From an uncultured bacterium (lineage in GTDB: Bacteria; Oederibacteriota; Oederibacteriia; Oederibacteriales; Oederibacteriaceae), in the NCBI GenBank assembly GCA_965112635.1, contig OZ218778.1, positions 864,001 through 928,000 of the forward strand: 64,000 nt of DNA, read 5' to 3'. The position numbers and the translations under genes are program-made. Under the pieces are notes generated by a model. That model was not told where the DNA came from. It worked only from the letters and a program-made list of their open reading frames with translations, and searched no databases. Position 1 is the stretch's first letter. Every line of letters starts with the position of its first letter. Positions 1 through 9,726 of the stretch are shown piece after piece.

Positions 1-210
1 ATTTTATAAGGGGAAAATCATTTTAGGGTAGGGTGCTGAGGGTTGTTTATAACTTCGACACGAAGCCAGCGGACTCGAGGCTTCGTTATTAGGGTATAAG
101 TTAGTTCCCCATGTTTTGGGTTAGGGTATAAATATCTTTATTTCACCAGCACAAAACAAGGCATAAAAAGTTCGTGTAAAATATTAGGGCATATTCCTAT
201 GCCATAATTT

Positions 211-447
211 CTACTGGGCTAGGGCGTTCATCCTTATATTTTTCAGGTTTTCTTCGATCCTGAAAATTTTATCCGCATAAACGGTTTTATTGATGTCGAA
301 CACGACCGGGATGCGTCCTTCGTCGTCCAAGTCCAGCAAAAGATCCTGCAGTTGGGTCATCTGGGATTTGATGCTTTCCAGGACTATCTGCTGAAAATTA
401 GGACTTTTGGAAATACTCTTAATAATCACCAAATTATCCATATCCAT
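211..447 (-). CDS. small hypothetical protein (~78 aa)
   Basis: ORF 211..465 in track; strong SD (AAGGAGGTG) sits just upstream of the ATG at 447, so start moved to MDMDNL. Confidence 0.6.
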   Translation of the reverse strand: MDMDNLVIIKSISKSPNFQQIVLESIKSQMTQLQDLLLDLDDEGRIPVVFDINKTVYADKIFRIEENLKNIRMNALAQ

Positions 448-489
448 TGTTTTCACCTCCTTCATTTATAGCAACTATAGGCCGGGGAG

Positions 490-527
490 GTTAGGGTTGG
501 TTGAGGGAAAGGTTAGATTGTTGTAAA
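490..527 (-). promoter_or_regulatory. putative Pho-box array (11-bp periodic repeats)
   Basis: GTTAG(490), TTGAG(501), GTTAG(512), GTAAA(523) on + strand at exact 11-bp spacing, upstream of the 211..447 gene. Confidence 0.55.
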
Positions 528-561
528 AAATCCAGGTTTTATAAGGTGTTTTTTAAGCAGA

Positions 562-2334
562 TCAAAGGGTTTTGGGCAGGTGGATGAAAAAAGTGCTTCC
601 CTGTCCAGGGGTGCTTTCCACCGAGACCGTGCCTTTGTGCGCCTGGACAATGTGTTTGACAATGGCCAGCCCCAGGCCGGTGCCGCCCAGTTTCCTGCTC
701 CGGGCCTTATCCACCCTGTAAAACCGTTCAAATAGATGAGGAAGGTGGGCTGACTCGATGCCTATCCCGCGGTCGCGAACACTGATCAATATCTCCGAGA
801 CAGTATCCCTGGCCTCCAGTTCGATCCGGGATTCAGGGCCGCTGTATTTGATGGCGTTATCCAAAAGATTGACCACGGCCTGCTCCAGGAGCGGGGCGTT
901 GATGCCGGCTTCCAGGTCGTCCGGGCATTCCAGTTTTACGGCCACTTTTTGCTCTTTGGCCTTGGTTTCACAAACAGCTTTGGCGGATTCCAGCACCCTT
1001 TTGACCGGAGCATTGACCAGGGGGAGCTGGTCTTTTTGGGATTCCTGTTCGATGCGGGAAAGGTTCAAAAGGTCTTCCACGATGGAGTTCAAGCGGTCTG
1101 ACTGCTTGGCCAAAATATCCAGGAAACGGCCGGCTTCCTGGGGATCGGCCAGGGCGCCTTCCCGCAGGGTCTCCACAAAACCTTTGATGGAAGTGATGGG
1201 GGTTTTGAGCTCGTGGGAGACATTGGCCACGAACTCCTGGCGCATGGTCTCCAGTTTTTTCAGGCGGGTGATGTCGTTCAAAACCACCAGGGCTCCCATA
1301 TCCCGGCCCTGGGCATCCGAGAGCCGCGTGCCATGGCCCTGCAGGACCATATTTTTTTCAAAAAGGGATATTTCATCCTCCGCGGGCAGATTGCTCTTGA
1401 GGGTTTTTTCCACAAAACGGCCAAAATCGGGATTGCGTATTATTTCAGGAAGAGTGGCTGATTGAAAATCGACCGGGCCTATGTCAAAAAGTTCCCGGGC
1501 CGCTTTGTTCACCATCAGGATATGGTTGTGATGGTCCACGGCCACCACGGCCTCGGCCATGCTGGATAACAGCGCTTCCTGTTCCCCTTTTTTTTGGGCG
1601 AGAGCCTGGATGCGGTCCTGCAGCTCCTGCGCCATTTTGTTCATATCCTGGGCCAGGCTGTGGACCTCGGCGATCTTGAAAGAAGGAAGACGGTAGGAAA
1701 GGTCGCCCTGGGCAAAATGCCGGGCCCCCTGCTGGATCTCCTGCAGGGGCTGGGCGATCTTTTGGGAAACTCTGAGGCCCACCAGGGCCGCCAGGGCAGC
1801 CACGACAAGGAAGGTCAAAATGATCTTGAGCTGGATGGAATGGATGGCCTTGTCCAAGTCTCGGACATGCCGGGAGGTGCGGATGATGCCGACGACTTTA
1901 TCGTCTTTCATCAAAGGCAAAGCGGCGTACATCATGGTCTGGTGCACTGTTTTGCTGAAGCGCAGAGAATGACCTGTGTGGCCGGCCAGGGCTTCCATGA
2001 TTTCCGGCCTGGTCGCGTGGTTGTCCATGATCCTGGGATCCTCTTCAGAATCCCCCAGTACCTTGCCTGTGGGCAGGATCACGGTGACGCGGGTGCCGGT
2101 AGACTGGCCGATCTGTTTGCAGAGGATGTCCAAAAATTTCGCGTGGGCGGTGTCGAGCTTGGCGGAGACCTGATAGGAGATGATGCGGCTGCTGTTCTCC
2201 AGCTCCAAGGTCACCCGTTCCAAGAATAACCGGCTCAAAGCGGCAGAGGTGAACCAGGCCAGGACCAACAGGCTGATGAGGATAAGGACCAGGTAGGTCG
2301 GGTAAAGCTGCCAGATAAAATGTTTTTTACGCAC
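562..2334 (-). CDS. phoR: phosphate regulon sensor histidine kinase (2 TM, sensor, HAMP, PAS, HisKA, HATPase)
   Basis: FVANVSHELKTP H-box, NLLDNAIKY N-box, FERFYRVDKARSR, GGTGLGLAIVKH; adjacent OmpR-type regulator. Confidence 0.9.
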   Translation of the reverse strand: MRKKHFIWQLYPTYLVLILISLLVLAWFTSAALSRLFLERVTLELENSSRIISYQVSAKLDTAHAKFLDILCKQIGQSTGTRVTVILPTGKVLGDSEEDPRIMDNHATRPEIMEALAGHTGHSLRFSKTVHQTMMYAALPLMKDDKVVGIIRTSRHVRDLDKAIHSIQLKIILTFLVVAALAALVGLRVSQKIAQPLQEIQQGARHFAQGDLSYRLPSFKIAEVHSLAQDMNKMAQELQDRIQALAQKKGEQEALLSSMAEAVVAVDHHNHILMVNKAARELFDIGPVDFQSATLPEIIRNPDFGRFVEKTLKSNLPAEDEISLFEKNMVLQGHGTRLSDAQGRDMGALVVLNDITRLKKLETMRQEFVANVSHELKTPITSIKGFVETLREGALADPQEAGRFLDILAKQSDRLNSIVEDLLNLSRIEQESQKDQLPLVNAPVKRVLESAKAVCETKAKEQKVAVKLECPDDLEAGINAPLLEQAVVNLLDNAIKYSGPESRIELEARDTVSEILISVRDRGIGIESAHLPHLFERFYRVDKARSRKLGGTGLGLAIVKHIVQAHKGTVSVESTPGQGSTFFIHLPKTL

Positions 2335-2337
2335 GGG

Positions 2338-3033
2338 TCAGTCCTTTAATTTATAGCCGATGCCCCTGACCGTCTCGATCAATTTGCCTGAGGAGCCCAG
2401 TTTTTTCCTAAGGCCGACGATCTGGACATCCACGGACCTTTCCGTGACCGCGTAATCCGCGCCTTTGACCCCGTCCACGATCTGGTAGCGCGTAAAAACA
2501 CGGCCGGGCCGGCGGGCAAAATACTCCAGGAGCTTGAACTCGGTGAAGGTCAGGTCGATGAGTTTGTTTTTGACCATGATCTCATGGCGGGAGGGGTCGA
2601 TGACCAGGTCGTGGACTTTGACCGTGGTGGATTCCTCCGGGGAGGCAGTTGTTTTTTTCCTCCGTAATACCGCCTTGATCCTGGCCAGGAGCACGCGGGG
2701 GCTGAAAGGCTTGGTGATATAGTCGTCCGCTCCCATTTCCAGCCCGGTCACGATGTCCGCTTCCTCGCCTTTGGCGGTCACCATCATGATGCTGATACCT
2801 TTGGTTTTTGGCTCGTTTTTGAGGGTCCGGCAGATCTCCAGGCCGTCCAGGCCGGGGAGCATCAGGTCCAGGAGGATCAGATCGGGCATCTTGGTTCTGG
2901 CTGTCTGGAGAGCCGCGTCACCCGCTGTTTCGGTGAAGACCTGATACCCTTCCTTGACGACATTGTATTTCATCAATTCCAGGATATCCTCGTCGTCTTC
3001 CACGATGAATATTTTTTCTTTGGGGTCGGACAT
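2338..3033 (-). CDS. phoB: OmpR/PhoB-family response regulator
   Basis: REC domain (VEDDEDI, LLDLMLP, GADDYITKPFSPR) plus winged helix (IETVRGIGY); paired with phoR in a phosphate gene context. Confidence 0.85.
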   Translation of the reverse strand: MSDPKEKIFIVEDDEDILELMKYNVVKEGYQVFTETAGDAALQTARTKMPDLILLDLMLPGLDGLEICRTLKNEPKTKGISIMMVTAKGEEADIVTGLEMGADDYITKPFSPRVLLARIKAVLRRKKTTASPEESTTVKVHDLVIDPSRHEIMVKNKLIDLTFTEFKLLEYFARRPGRVFTRYQIVDGVKGADYAVTERSVDVQIVGLRKKLGSSGKLIETVRGIGYKLKD

Positions 3034-3098
3034 GGTCCCTCCTGCTCATACTATTTTCACAAATCTGAGTCAATAATCCCACTGATTTGTTAGCCAGA

Positions 3099-3127
3099 AA
3101 TGAGCGGTATGTAAAATGGATGTGACA
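3099..3127 (-). promoter_or_regulatory. putative Pho box upstream of phoB-phoR
   Basis: minus strand GTCACA-n5-TTTACA-n5-CTCATT, 11-bp periodic, resembling PhoB/PhoP half sites. Confidence 0.55.
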
Positions 3128-3395
3128 ACCCCTCCTGCAAAATTTCTAATAAAGCGTTACCTTTCAGGAGGGGTTGCACCCAAACAGCAGGGTTTGGGTG
3201 CTAACCCCGTGTTCCTTATATAATATATAGGCCAACCCCTTCCTCCGGGCCATCCAGTTCAGCCAGGCTTTTCTTACCATTTTCTTATGCTTTCTTAATA
3301 ACCGGGAAACAGAAATTGTGATAATACCTATTGAGTGACAGAGCAGAACCTGGGTTGCCATTTTCGAACAGGGGGAATAGAACATTCCACCAGTC

Positions 3396-4625
3396 ATGCG
3401 CAAAAAAATTTTCATTCTGATCACGGACAGCGGAGGCGGCCACCGGGGCACGGCCAACAGCCTTAAAGCCGCCATTGAACAGAGAGGATTGACCTGGGAC
3501 GTTCATATCATCAACGTGTTCAGGGATATCCGCATCAAGAACCATTTGGCCTATCTGATCGTCTCCCTCCTGGGAACGGTCGGAGAAAATATCTATAATT
3601 TCATCCTCAAACACGACCTGCTTTTTTGCAGCCACCTTTGCCGCAAGACCGTGCTTTTATTGGTCAAGTTATGCGAACCCCGTGTTGCCCGGATCTTTGA
3701 AAAGGTCTTTTCCAGGGAAAAGCCGGACATGGTCCTTTCGCTGATGCCTTTTATGAACGGCGTATACAGCAGGGCCCTGGCCCATGACCGGACCTATTTC
3801 GGGCTGCTCATCACCGACCTCATAGACACGCGGCCGTTCATGTGGCTCAACCCGAGAATCTGCAACCGCGCGGACGTGATCGGGGTCAGCGGCGAGGAAG
3901 CCGCGGACCAGGCCAGAAGGCAGGGCGCCGGCGACCGGGTGCTGGAATGCGGGTTGGTGATCCATCCCAACTATTTTTCCCGGGAGACCAGGGGCCTCAC
4001 TCCGGCCCAGGCGCGGCACAGGTTCGGCCTGAGCCAGGAACTGTTCACGGTCATGATCCTGATGGGAGGGTTTGGGAGCAGTATCATCGCCAGTTTCGTC
4101 AAGCAGTTCGAAAAGTCCTCCCGGCGCTGGCAGATCGTGGCCTGCTGCGGCAGGAATGAAAAGCTTTTTAAACAGATCGGCCGGATGGCTCCCAAGCTGA
4201 AAAATAAAGTGAAGGCGCTGGGTTTTTGCCGTGAACTGCCCGGTCTCATGCGCAGCGCTGATCTGATGATCACCAAGCCCGGGCCTGCCTCGATCATGGA
4301 GGCCCTGGCGGTCCAGACGCCGCTGGTCCTGGACAACTATGAGACCATGCCGCAGGAGATACCCAACGTGGATTTTGTAGTCAGGAACAAACTGGGCCTT
4401 GCCGTATTAAAAAGGAAAGAGATGTTCCAGGCCGTGAACACGCTTTTTAAAGACCCGTCCAGGCTTGAGGCATTGAGGACCAGGATGAAAGAGTACGGGC
4501 TCAGGGACGCTTCGGAACCGCTGATCAATACCATCTATGAAAAACTGTACGACAAGCCTTCCACGGAAACCCCGATTTCTTCTCCAGAAACAGACCGCCT
4601 CTGGCTGCTGCCGGACACTGTTTAA
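3396..4625 (+). CDS. diacylglycerol glycosyltransferase (MGDG synthase/UgtP family, GT28)
   Basis: N-terminal DSGGGH motif, MGGFGS, ACCGRN, ADLMITKPGP, QEIPN motifs typical of MGDG synthase/UgtP. Confidence 0.8.
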   Translation: MRKKIFILITDSGGGHRGTANSLKAAIEQRGLTWDVHIINVFRDIRIKNHLAYLIVSLLGTVGENIYNFILKHDLLFCSHLCRKTVLLLVKLCEPRVARIFEKVFSREKPDMVLSLMPFMNGVYSRALAHDRTYFGLLITDLIDTRPFMWLNPRICNRADVIGVSGEEAADQARRQGAGDRVLECGLVIHPNYFSRETRGLTPAQARHRFGLSQELFTVMILMGGFGSSIIASFVKQFEKSSRRWQIVACCGRNEKLFKQIGRMAPKLKNKVKALGFCRELPGLMRSADLMITKPGPASIMEALAVQTPLVLDNYETMPQEIPNVDFVVRNKLGLAVLKRKEMFQAVNTLFKDPSRLEALRTRMKEYGLRDASEPLINTIYEKLYDKPSTETPISSPETDRLWLLPDTV

Positions 4626-4638
4626 TTTAAAAACCCTT

Positions 4639-6048
4639 TTAGCCTTCCAGAGCAATCCCTGCCTGTGTTCTTCTGTTGCGTTCTAAAACTATTTTCCAGG
4701 CATTGTGTTTCAAGGAATTAAGGCTTTGGAAGGCTTTTAAGGAGAATTGTGCCAGGGCGGTTTTCATAGTGCCGGCGAAAAGCCTGGCCCGGCCCGGGTC
4801 AAATACGTATTCCGGATAGTGGACGGGCACCTGGGGAACAGGCAGGGAATCGGGAGTGTTTTGCCGCGGAGCATCAAGAGAGACGACACGCGTAAAGGAG
4901 CTGGCCTGGGCATCGCGCTCCGTGAGGGGCTCCAAACCGAAAATGTTCTCTATGGTGGCGGGAATGGAGGAGTGGTCGTAAATGGTCTTGTCCACAGTGC
5001 CCCGGGGGATAAGGGGAGAGATGAGGACAGCGGGGACGCGGAAACCCAGCCGGGTAAAGTCAAAATAAGGTTTTCTAGCCTGGGTTTTTTTGCCTGGGGC
5101 GGGCATATGGTCAGGAGGAAGCACATGGTCGTATAGCCCCCCGTGTTCATCGTAAACCACGGCCAACAGGCTTTGTTCCCAGGCCGGGGAACGGCGGAGG
5201 GCCTGGTAGACCTGGCTGATCAAAACCTCGCCGTAGCGGATGTCCGTGGAAAATCCTGGAAAATACGGCGGGTGCTGGTCATTGGACGGCTGGAGGATGC
5301 GGCCGGCCCTGTCCATCTGATGATGGTAACGCGGTTCAATAAAGCTGTAACTGGGAAGAGAGCCCGCTGCCGCGTCCTGAAAGAAGTTGGTGACCCCGCG
5401 GAAGCAGCTGCGGAAAAAAGCTTTTTCCCAAAGATTGACAATGGCCATGGCCTGGCAGGAGTCGTGATAGTAGATCTTCCAGGGGAGGTGCTTTTGGCTG
5501 AGGCTGTCAAAAATAGTCCTGGCCACGATGGGGTTGTCGCCCACAACACCCTGCGAGGTGGCCGCGTGGGCGAAAAAACGGTTGGGCCAGGTGGGCCCCG
5601 GTAAAGAGGAGAACCAATGGTCACAAACGGCGTATTCCCTGGCTAAGGTGTCCAGGACAGGCAGCTTTTCGGGGGAATAACATTTCATGACGTTTTCCGG
5701 ATGGGATACCTGAAACGGCCCCCCCGGCGTGCTGTAAGTCTGCCTGGCGTAATTCAGGGCAAACCCATTGTTCGGCCGGCTCTGGGGGGAGGGCTGTTTT
5801 GATTCTCCAAAAAGCTGTTCCAAAACGTCCGGAACCTCATGACCGGGGTCCATTTCCAGGTCGCCGGAATAGGAGGCGTCCCGGGAAACCTGGACGGACC
5901 GGCCGTCGGGCAAGGGATTGGATTCAGAACCGGTCAGACCCTCAATACCGGGGATGCCGGAAAAGCCGAGCATATGGTCAAAGGAGCGGTTCTCCATCAT
6001 CAAGACGACCACATGCTTGATCCTGTTCGTGTTGCCGACGCTTTTCAT
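4639..6048 (-). CDS. phospholipase C / phosphoesterase family protein (AcpA/NPC type)
   Basis: IKHVVVLMMENRSFDH, GPTWPNR, DQHP, YDEHGGLYDHV, LGFRVP, YDHSSI; start at ATG 6048 after GGAGG SD; no obvious signal peptide. Confidence 0.85.
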   Translation of the reverse strand: MKSVGNTNRIKHVVVLMMENRSFDHMLGFSGIPGIEGLTGSESNPLPDGRSVQVSRDASYSGDLEMDPGHEVPDVLEQLFGESKQPSPQSRPNNGFALNYARQTYSTPGGPFQVSHPENVMKCYSPEKLPVLDTLAREYAVCDHWFSSLPGPTWPNRFFAHAATSQGVVGDNPIVARTIFDSLSQKHLPWKIYYHDSCQAMAIVNLWEKAFFRSCFRGVTNFFQDAAAGSLPSYSFIEPRYHHQMDRAGRILQPSNDQHPPYFPGFSTDIRYGEVLISQVYQALRRSPAWEQSLLAVVYDEHGGLYDHVLPPDHMPAPGKKTQARKPYFDFTRLGFRVPAVLISPLIPRGTVDKTIYDHSSIPATIENIFGLEPLTERDAQASSFTRVVSLDAPRQNTPDSLPVPQVPVHYPEYVFDPGRARLFAGTMKTALAQFSLKAFQSLNSLKHNAWKIVLERNRRTQAGIALEG

Positions 6049-6161
6049 AATCCCTCCCTTCTCTACTTGCCAGGTTTGTTTTTTTACCACTTTATATTTC
6101 GCAAGCCGTGGGAAGAGTTACCCTACACCCTTACTAAACAACTTTAAGTTACAAAAATTGG

Positions 6162-6189
6162 GTTACAGGCGTATTAAAAGAAGATGAGA
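6162..6189 (-). promoter_or_regulatory. putative Pho-box array upstream of phospholipase C gene
   Basis: GTTACA(6162), ATTAAA(6173), ATGAGA(6184) at 11-bp spacing; extra GTTACA at 6148. Confidence 0.4.
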
Positions 6190-6302
6190 ATTTAACGAGG
6201 GATTATTAGATGAAGAATGATATTCCACGCAAAAGGGAAGCCTGTGCGGAAAAACCTGGCGTATATCATTCCATGCCAGCTCAATTAACCGAGCAAATCC
6301 TA

Positions 6303-6698
6303 TTAAGCAGCAGCGGGCTGAACAGGAGGAACGGGTTTAGCGACCTTTGCCGGGGCAGCTTTTTTTGGTTTGCTCTTTACGGGTTTTTTAATTTTTATTT
6401 TGCGGATGGTTTTTTCAATGACCTTGTGGACCCTGACCAGGTCTTTTAAACGTCCTTTGTTGGGTTTTAATTTGAGGGAATCGGATTTTTTGATCAGGTA
6501 AGCCACGGCTTTTTTGCTCAATCCCGCGTTATCATCCAAGGCATTTTTTTGGGAGAGGAGCAAGGCGAGCTTGACCATATCCGCGTTCAATTTGACCGAA
6601 AAATGTTCCATAGCCTCGTTCACCTGGGTCCGCAGCAGCTTGACGGATTTCAGGGCCTCCAGGTATCTATTAACTTTTTTCTGTTCTTTGTTTTTCAT
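6303..6698 (-). CDS. hypothetical lysine-rich basic protein
   Basis: 131-aa ORF with AAGGAGG SD, last gene of the ppx-tmk-tmk run; K/P/A-rich tail. Confidence 0.7.
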   Translation of the reverse strand: MKNKEQKKVNRYLEALKSVKLLRTQVNEAMEHFSVKLNADMVKLALLLSQKNALDDNAGLSKKAVAYLIKKSDSLKLKPNKGRLKDLVRVHKVIEKTIRKIKIKKPVKSKPKKAAPAKVAKPVPPVQPAAA

Positions 6699-6728
6699 TT
6701 TAATGCCTCCTTTTAGAATTTTTGTTCC

Positions 6729-7427
6729 CTATATATAAAATTCCTCGAGTACGGCTTCAATTTTGGACCTTAGTTCAGTGTTGATGGTCTTGACCGAATG
6801 GTTGGCGTTGATCACGGTAAGGCCGTATTCTTCCTGCAGTTCAGCGAACTTTTTCCTGACCATTTTCTGGTATTTGATCATGCTCTCGAACCAGTCCCGG
6901 GAAAGCCCCAGGTCCATGCCCGACTCCCAATAATCGAGGGTGGAGTTGGACCTTAAGGTCCGGTCAATGAGCATATTTTGGGAGGCCGAGAGCAAAAAGA
7001 CCGCGTCAGGTACCAGGGCCATGGAATAGAGCGACTGGTTCCAATCCTTGTCCGCGCCCCTGACCATGTCCCTGACCATGAGCGTAAAAATATACCGGTC
7101 AGCCAGGACCACGCAGCCCGCGTCCATGGCCGGGATGATCTTGTTCTCCAGCTGATCGTAAAAATCCGTGGCGTAAAAAAGAGACATGGTCCTGGGCGAA
7201 AGCACGTTGCCTCTCTTGGCTTCGTTGAGCTCTTCGCTCACCAGGAACGACCGTTTGAGCCCCGTCTCCACCACGGCATACCCTTTTTCCTCTAGCCATT
7301 GGCAGAGAAGACGGATATGGGTGGACCGGCCTGTGGAGTCCATGCCTTCGATCACGATCAACGCCCCTTTGAGTTTGGATGGGTTCACTCCGGCCGGGGG
7401 TTTTACAAAGAACTTTTTACTTTTCAT
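6729..7427 (-). CDS. thymidylate kinase-like protein, copy B (variant P-loop)
   Basis: LIVIEGMDSTGRST (Arg in place of the Walker A Lys), ADRY motif, VPDAVFLL; overlaps copy A by 4 nt. Confidence 0.8.
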   Translation of the reverse strand: MKSKKFFVKPPAGVNPSKLKGALIVIEGMDSTGRSTHIRLLCQWLEEKGYAVVETGLKRSFLVSEELNEAKRGNVLSPRTMSLFYATDFYDQLENKIIPAMDAGCVVLADRYIFTLMVRDMVRGADKDWNQSLYSMALVPDAVFLLSASQNMLIDRTLRSNSTLDYWESGMDLGLSRDWFESMIKYQKMVRKKFAELQEEYGLTVINANHSVKTINTELRSKIEAVLEEFYI

Positions 7428-8110
7428 CGCGCACCTCTTTTGTGATGTTCGGATATGTCAATCTTTTCCGTGATGATCTTCCTGACCTTGGTTTGTTGCG
7501 TGTTGATATTCTCCGTGGCATCGATCTCAACAAAACCGTATTCTTTGGACATTTTGTTGTACTGCTCCATAATTTTCCCCTGGAAAATCTTGAAGCTCTC
7601 GTTGACGTCAGGGGAAAAGTTCAGGTCCATTCCTGCCTCAAAATATTTCAATTCCGGCCGGCCTTCCAGGATGCGGCCCAGGGCTGTGTCCAGGGGAAGC
7701 TTGAAATACAGGATGATATCCGGCACCTTGGCGAATCCGTAGAGTTTCCTAAGCCAGGCCGGGTCGCAGCCCCTGACGGTATCCCGGGCAAAAGAGGTGA
7801 AGATGTACCTGTCGCAGAGGACAATATAGCCACCCTGGAGCATGGGATGGATCTGCCTTTCATACCTGTCGGCAAAATCCGTCGCGTGGATCAGGCTGAA
7901 AGTGGTCGGGGTGAGCAGGTGTCTTTTTTTGGCTTTTTTGGTGGCTTCCTTGACCAGTTCGCTGGAATTCCACTCCGTAAAGAACACCCGGTACCCCAAG
8001 CCCGAAAGCCATTTGTGCAAAAGGTACATCTGGGTCGATTTTCCAGACCCATCCAACCCTTCCACGGCGATCAATTTACCGGGGATCTTATTTTGTTCTT
8101 TTTCAGCCAT
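7424..8110 (-). CDS. thymidylate kinase-like protein, copy A
   Basis: LIAVEGLDGSGKSTQ P-loop, CDRY motif, VPDIILYF. Confidence 0.85.
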   Translation of the reverse strand: MAEKEQNKIPGKLIAVEGLDGSGKSTQMYLLHKWLSGLGYRVFFTEWNSSELVKEATKKAKKRHLLTPTTFSLIHATDFADRYERQIHPMLQGGYIVLCDRYIFTSFARDTVRGCDPAWLRKLYGFAKVPDIILYFKLPLDTALGRILEGRPELKYFEAGMDLNFSPDVNESFKIFQGKIMEQYNKMSKEYGFVEIDATENINTQQTKVRKIITEKIDISEHHKRGAR

Positions 8111-8126
8111 AGTTTTTCACCGCCCT

Positions 8127-9698
8127 TTATTTTTTTAGCTTAACTTTCATTTTGTAAACCCTGTTGAACATCTTTGATTTTTTTTCAAAAGACCAGTCGT
8201 CCAATAGAGTTTTACCGATGGTCAGGGGCTTGATCTGGACCTGGGAGCCTTTGACCCGGACCTTGACGTCCCGCACTCTCTGTAAATGGTCCTTGTCCAG
8301 GGAATCCGCGATGCGCAGTATCGGGGAAAGATGGAGCACGGTATCCCTGTCGTTGGAACTGAGCTTCATAAACAGAGGGTGGGAAGCTTGCGGTTCGCTT
8401 TTGCGGTGATAGCGCGCGATGTTGGCCGCCACGCACATCTGCCTGGAGGATAAACTCGGCAGCTCAGACTGGGAAAGAATATACAGTGAATGTTTATGAT
8501 GGCTCTTATAGTTTATGAAAGTCCCTACATCATGGAGCATGGAAGCGGCGAGGAGTATCTTGCGGTCCTCATCGGACAATCCATGGACGAACTTCAACTG
8601 GTCAAATATAGAAAGGGACAGGCGGGCCACATGGCGGTTATGAGGTTCCTCAAAGTTGTACCTGCGTCCCAGATTGACGGCTGCGGAAAAAAGCAGCGCT
8701 TCCTGCTGTTTGCTCCGCTCTTTGTGGGTGAACAGGTCGTCGATGATGTCGTAGATGATCCCTTCTTTGAGTCCCACGAAAGGAACGAGGATGGAGGGCG
8801 AATGGTAGAGTGAGGCAATATGTTCATAGACCATGGCGGCGGGCAGGATCACATCCGCCCGGTCTTCCTTGAGCGCAAGTTTTTTCATGCGCTGAGCTAT
8901 GGTCATTTTGGAAAGCTTTTGGACCAGGTGCCTGAGCTGGGAGGTCTGGATCACGCCTGTACCGTTCCGACCTGTTTTGACTTTGACCAGATTGGCGATC
9001 TTTTCAATATTGCCTCCGGTCGCGATCAGGGAAGTGGAACGAACAGCGTGCGGGATCTTTATGATAGAGATGAAATCAGAGAGGATCTTTTTCATTTTTT
9101 CCGGATTGTTCTTGACCCGGTGGAACTCCTCCAGCAACCTTACGGCACCCACCCCTCTTGTTTCCGTCCACTGGATGCCTGAGGCATGGATCTGGGAGAT
9201 TTCAGCGCTGCCGCCGCCCAGGTCGGTCAGGATCCAGTCTTTTTTGGCCAGGGGGACTTTTTTTTGGACCGCCAGATAAACCAGCCTGGCCTCTTCGGAC
9301 CCGGAGATGATTTCTATCTTCATCCCCAGGTTCAGCTGGACCTCCTCCACAAATAACATCCCATTGCTGGCTTCGCGCACCGCGCTGGTGGCCACGGCCC
9401 GGTAATGGTGGATGTCCATGTTTTTCATTTTGAGCTGGAACGTGGAAAGCACGGCGATGGCATTTTCTATAGTGGCTTTATTGAGGGCTCCCGCCGAAAA
9501 CACGCTTTGGCCCAATCTGAGGGGCGCTCTTTCCGAATAGATAATGTTGTGGTTGTTGTGATCATAGAATTCGGTGGCCAGGAACCTGATGGCGTTGGAC
9601 CCGATGTCAATGCTGGCCACCCGGATGGGAAAGAAAAGACCGGTGCTTTGAAATTTGAACATCCTGGGCAATATCGCTTTGTGATGTTTCATGAGCAC
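8127..9698 (-). CDS. ppx: exopolyphosphatase Ppx/GppA with C-terminal HD domain
   Basis: SIDIGSNAIR, ATSAVREASN, ISGSEEARL, DLGGGSAE, LHDVG, RYHRK, LRIADSLD. Confidence 0.9.
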   Translation of the reverse strand: MLMKHHKAILPRMFKFQSTGLFFPIRVASIDIGSNAIRFLATEFYDHNNHNIIYSERAPLRLGQSVFSAGALNKATIENAIAVLSTFQLKMKNMDIHHYRAVATSAVREASNGMLFVEEVQLNLGMKIEIISGSEEARLVYLAVQKKVPLAKKDWILTDLGGGSAEISQIHASGIQWTETRGVGAVRLLEEFHRVKNNPEKMKKILSDFISIIKIPHAVRSTSLIATGGNIEKIANLVKVKTGRNGTGVIQTSQLRHLVQKLSKMTIAQRMKKLALKEDRADVILPAAMVYEHIASLYHSPSILVPFVGLKEGIIYDIIDDLFTHKERSKQQEALLFSAAVNLGRRYNFEEPHNRHVARLSLSIFDQLKFVHGLSDEDRKILLAASMLHDVGTFINYKSHHKHSLYILSQSELPSLSSRQMCVAANIARYHRKSEPQASHPLFMKLSSNDRDTVLHLSPILRIADSLDKDHLQRVRDVKVRVKGSQVQIKPLTIGKTLLDDWSFEKKSKMFNRVYKMKVKLKK

Positions 9699-9726
9699 AG
9701 TATAAGCGCTATGTGTTTATGGGCAA

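Noticed and set aside
60-86. hairpin ACGAAGCC/GGCTTCGT
   Set aside because: Could be a terminator, but has an 11-nt loop, a weak T tail and no context at the window edge
758-2229. long + strand ORFs opposite phoR
   Set aside because: Antisense shadows of a GC-rich coding gene with no recognisable motifs
3164-3635. minus-strand ORFs in the phoB/GT intergenic region
   Set aside because: They overlap the GT start and regulatory DNA, with no SD or protein features
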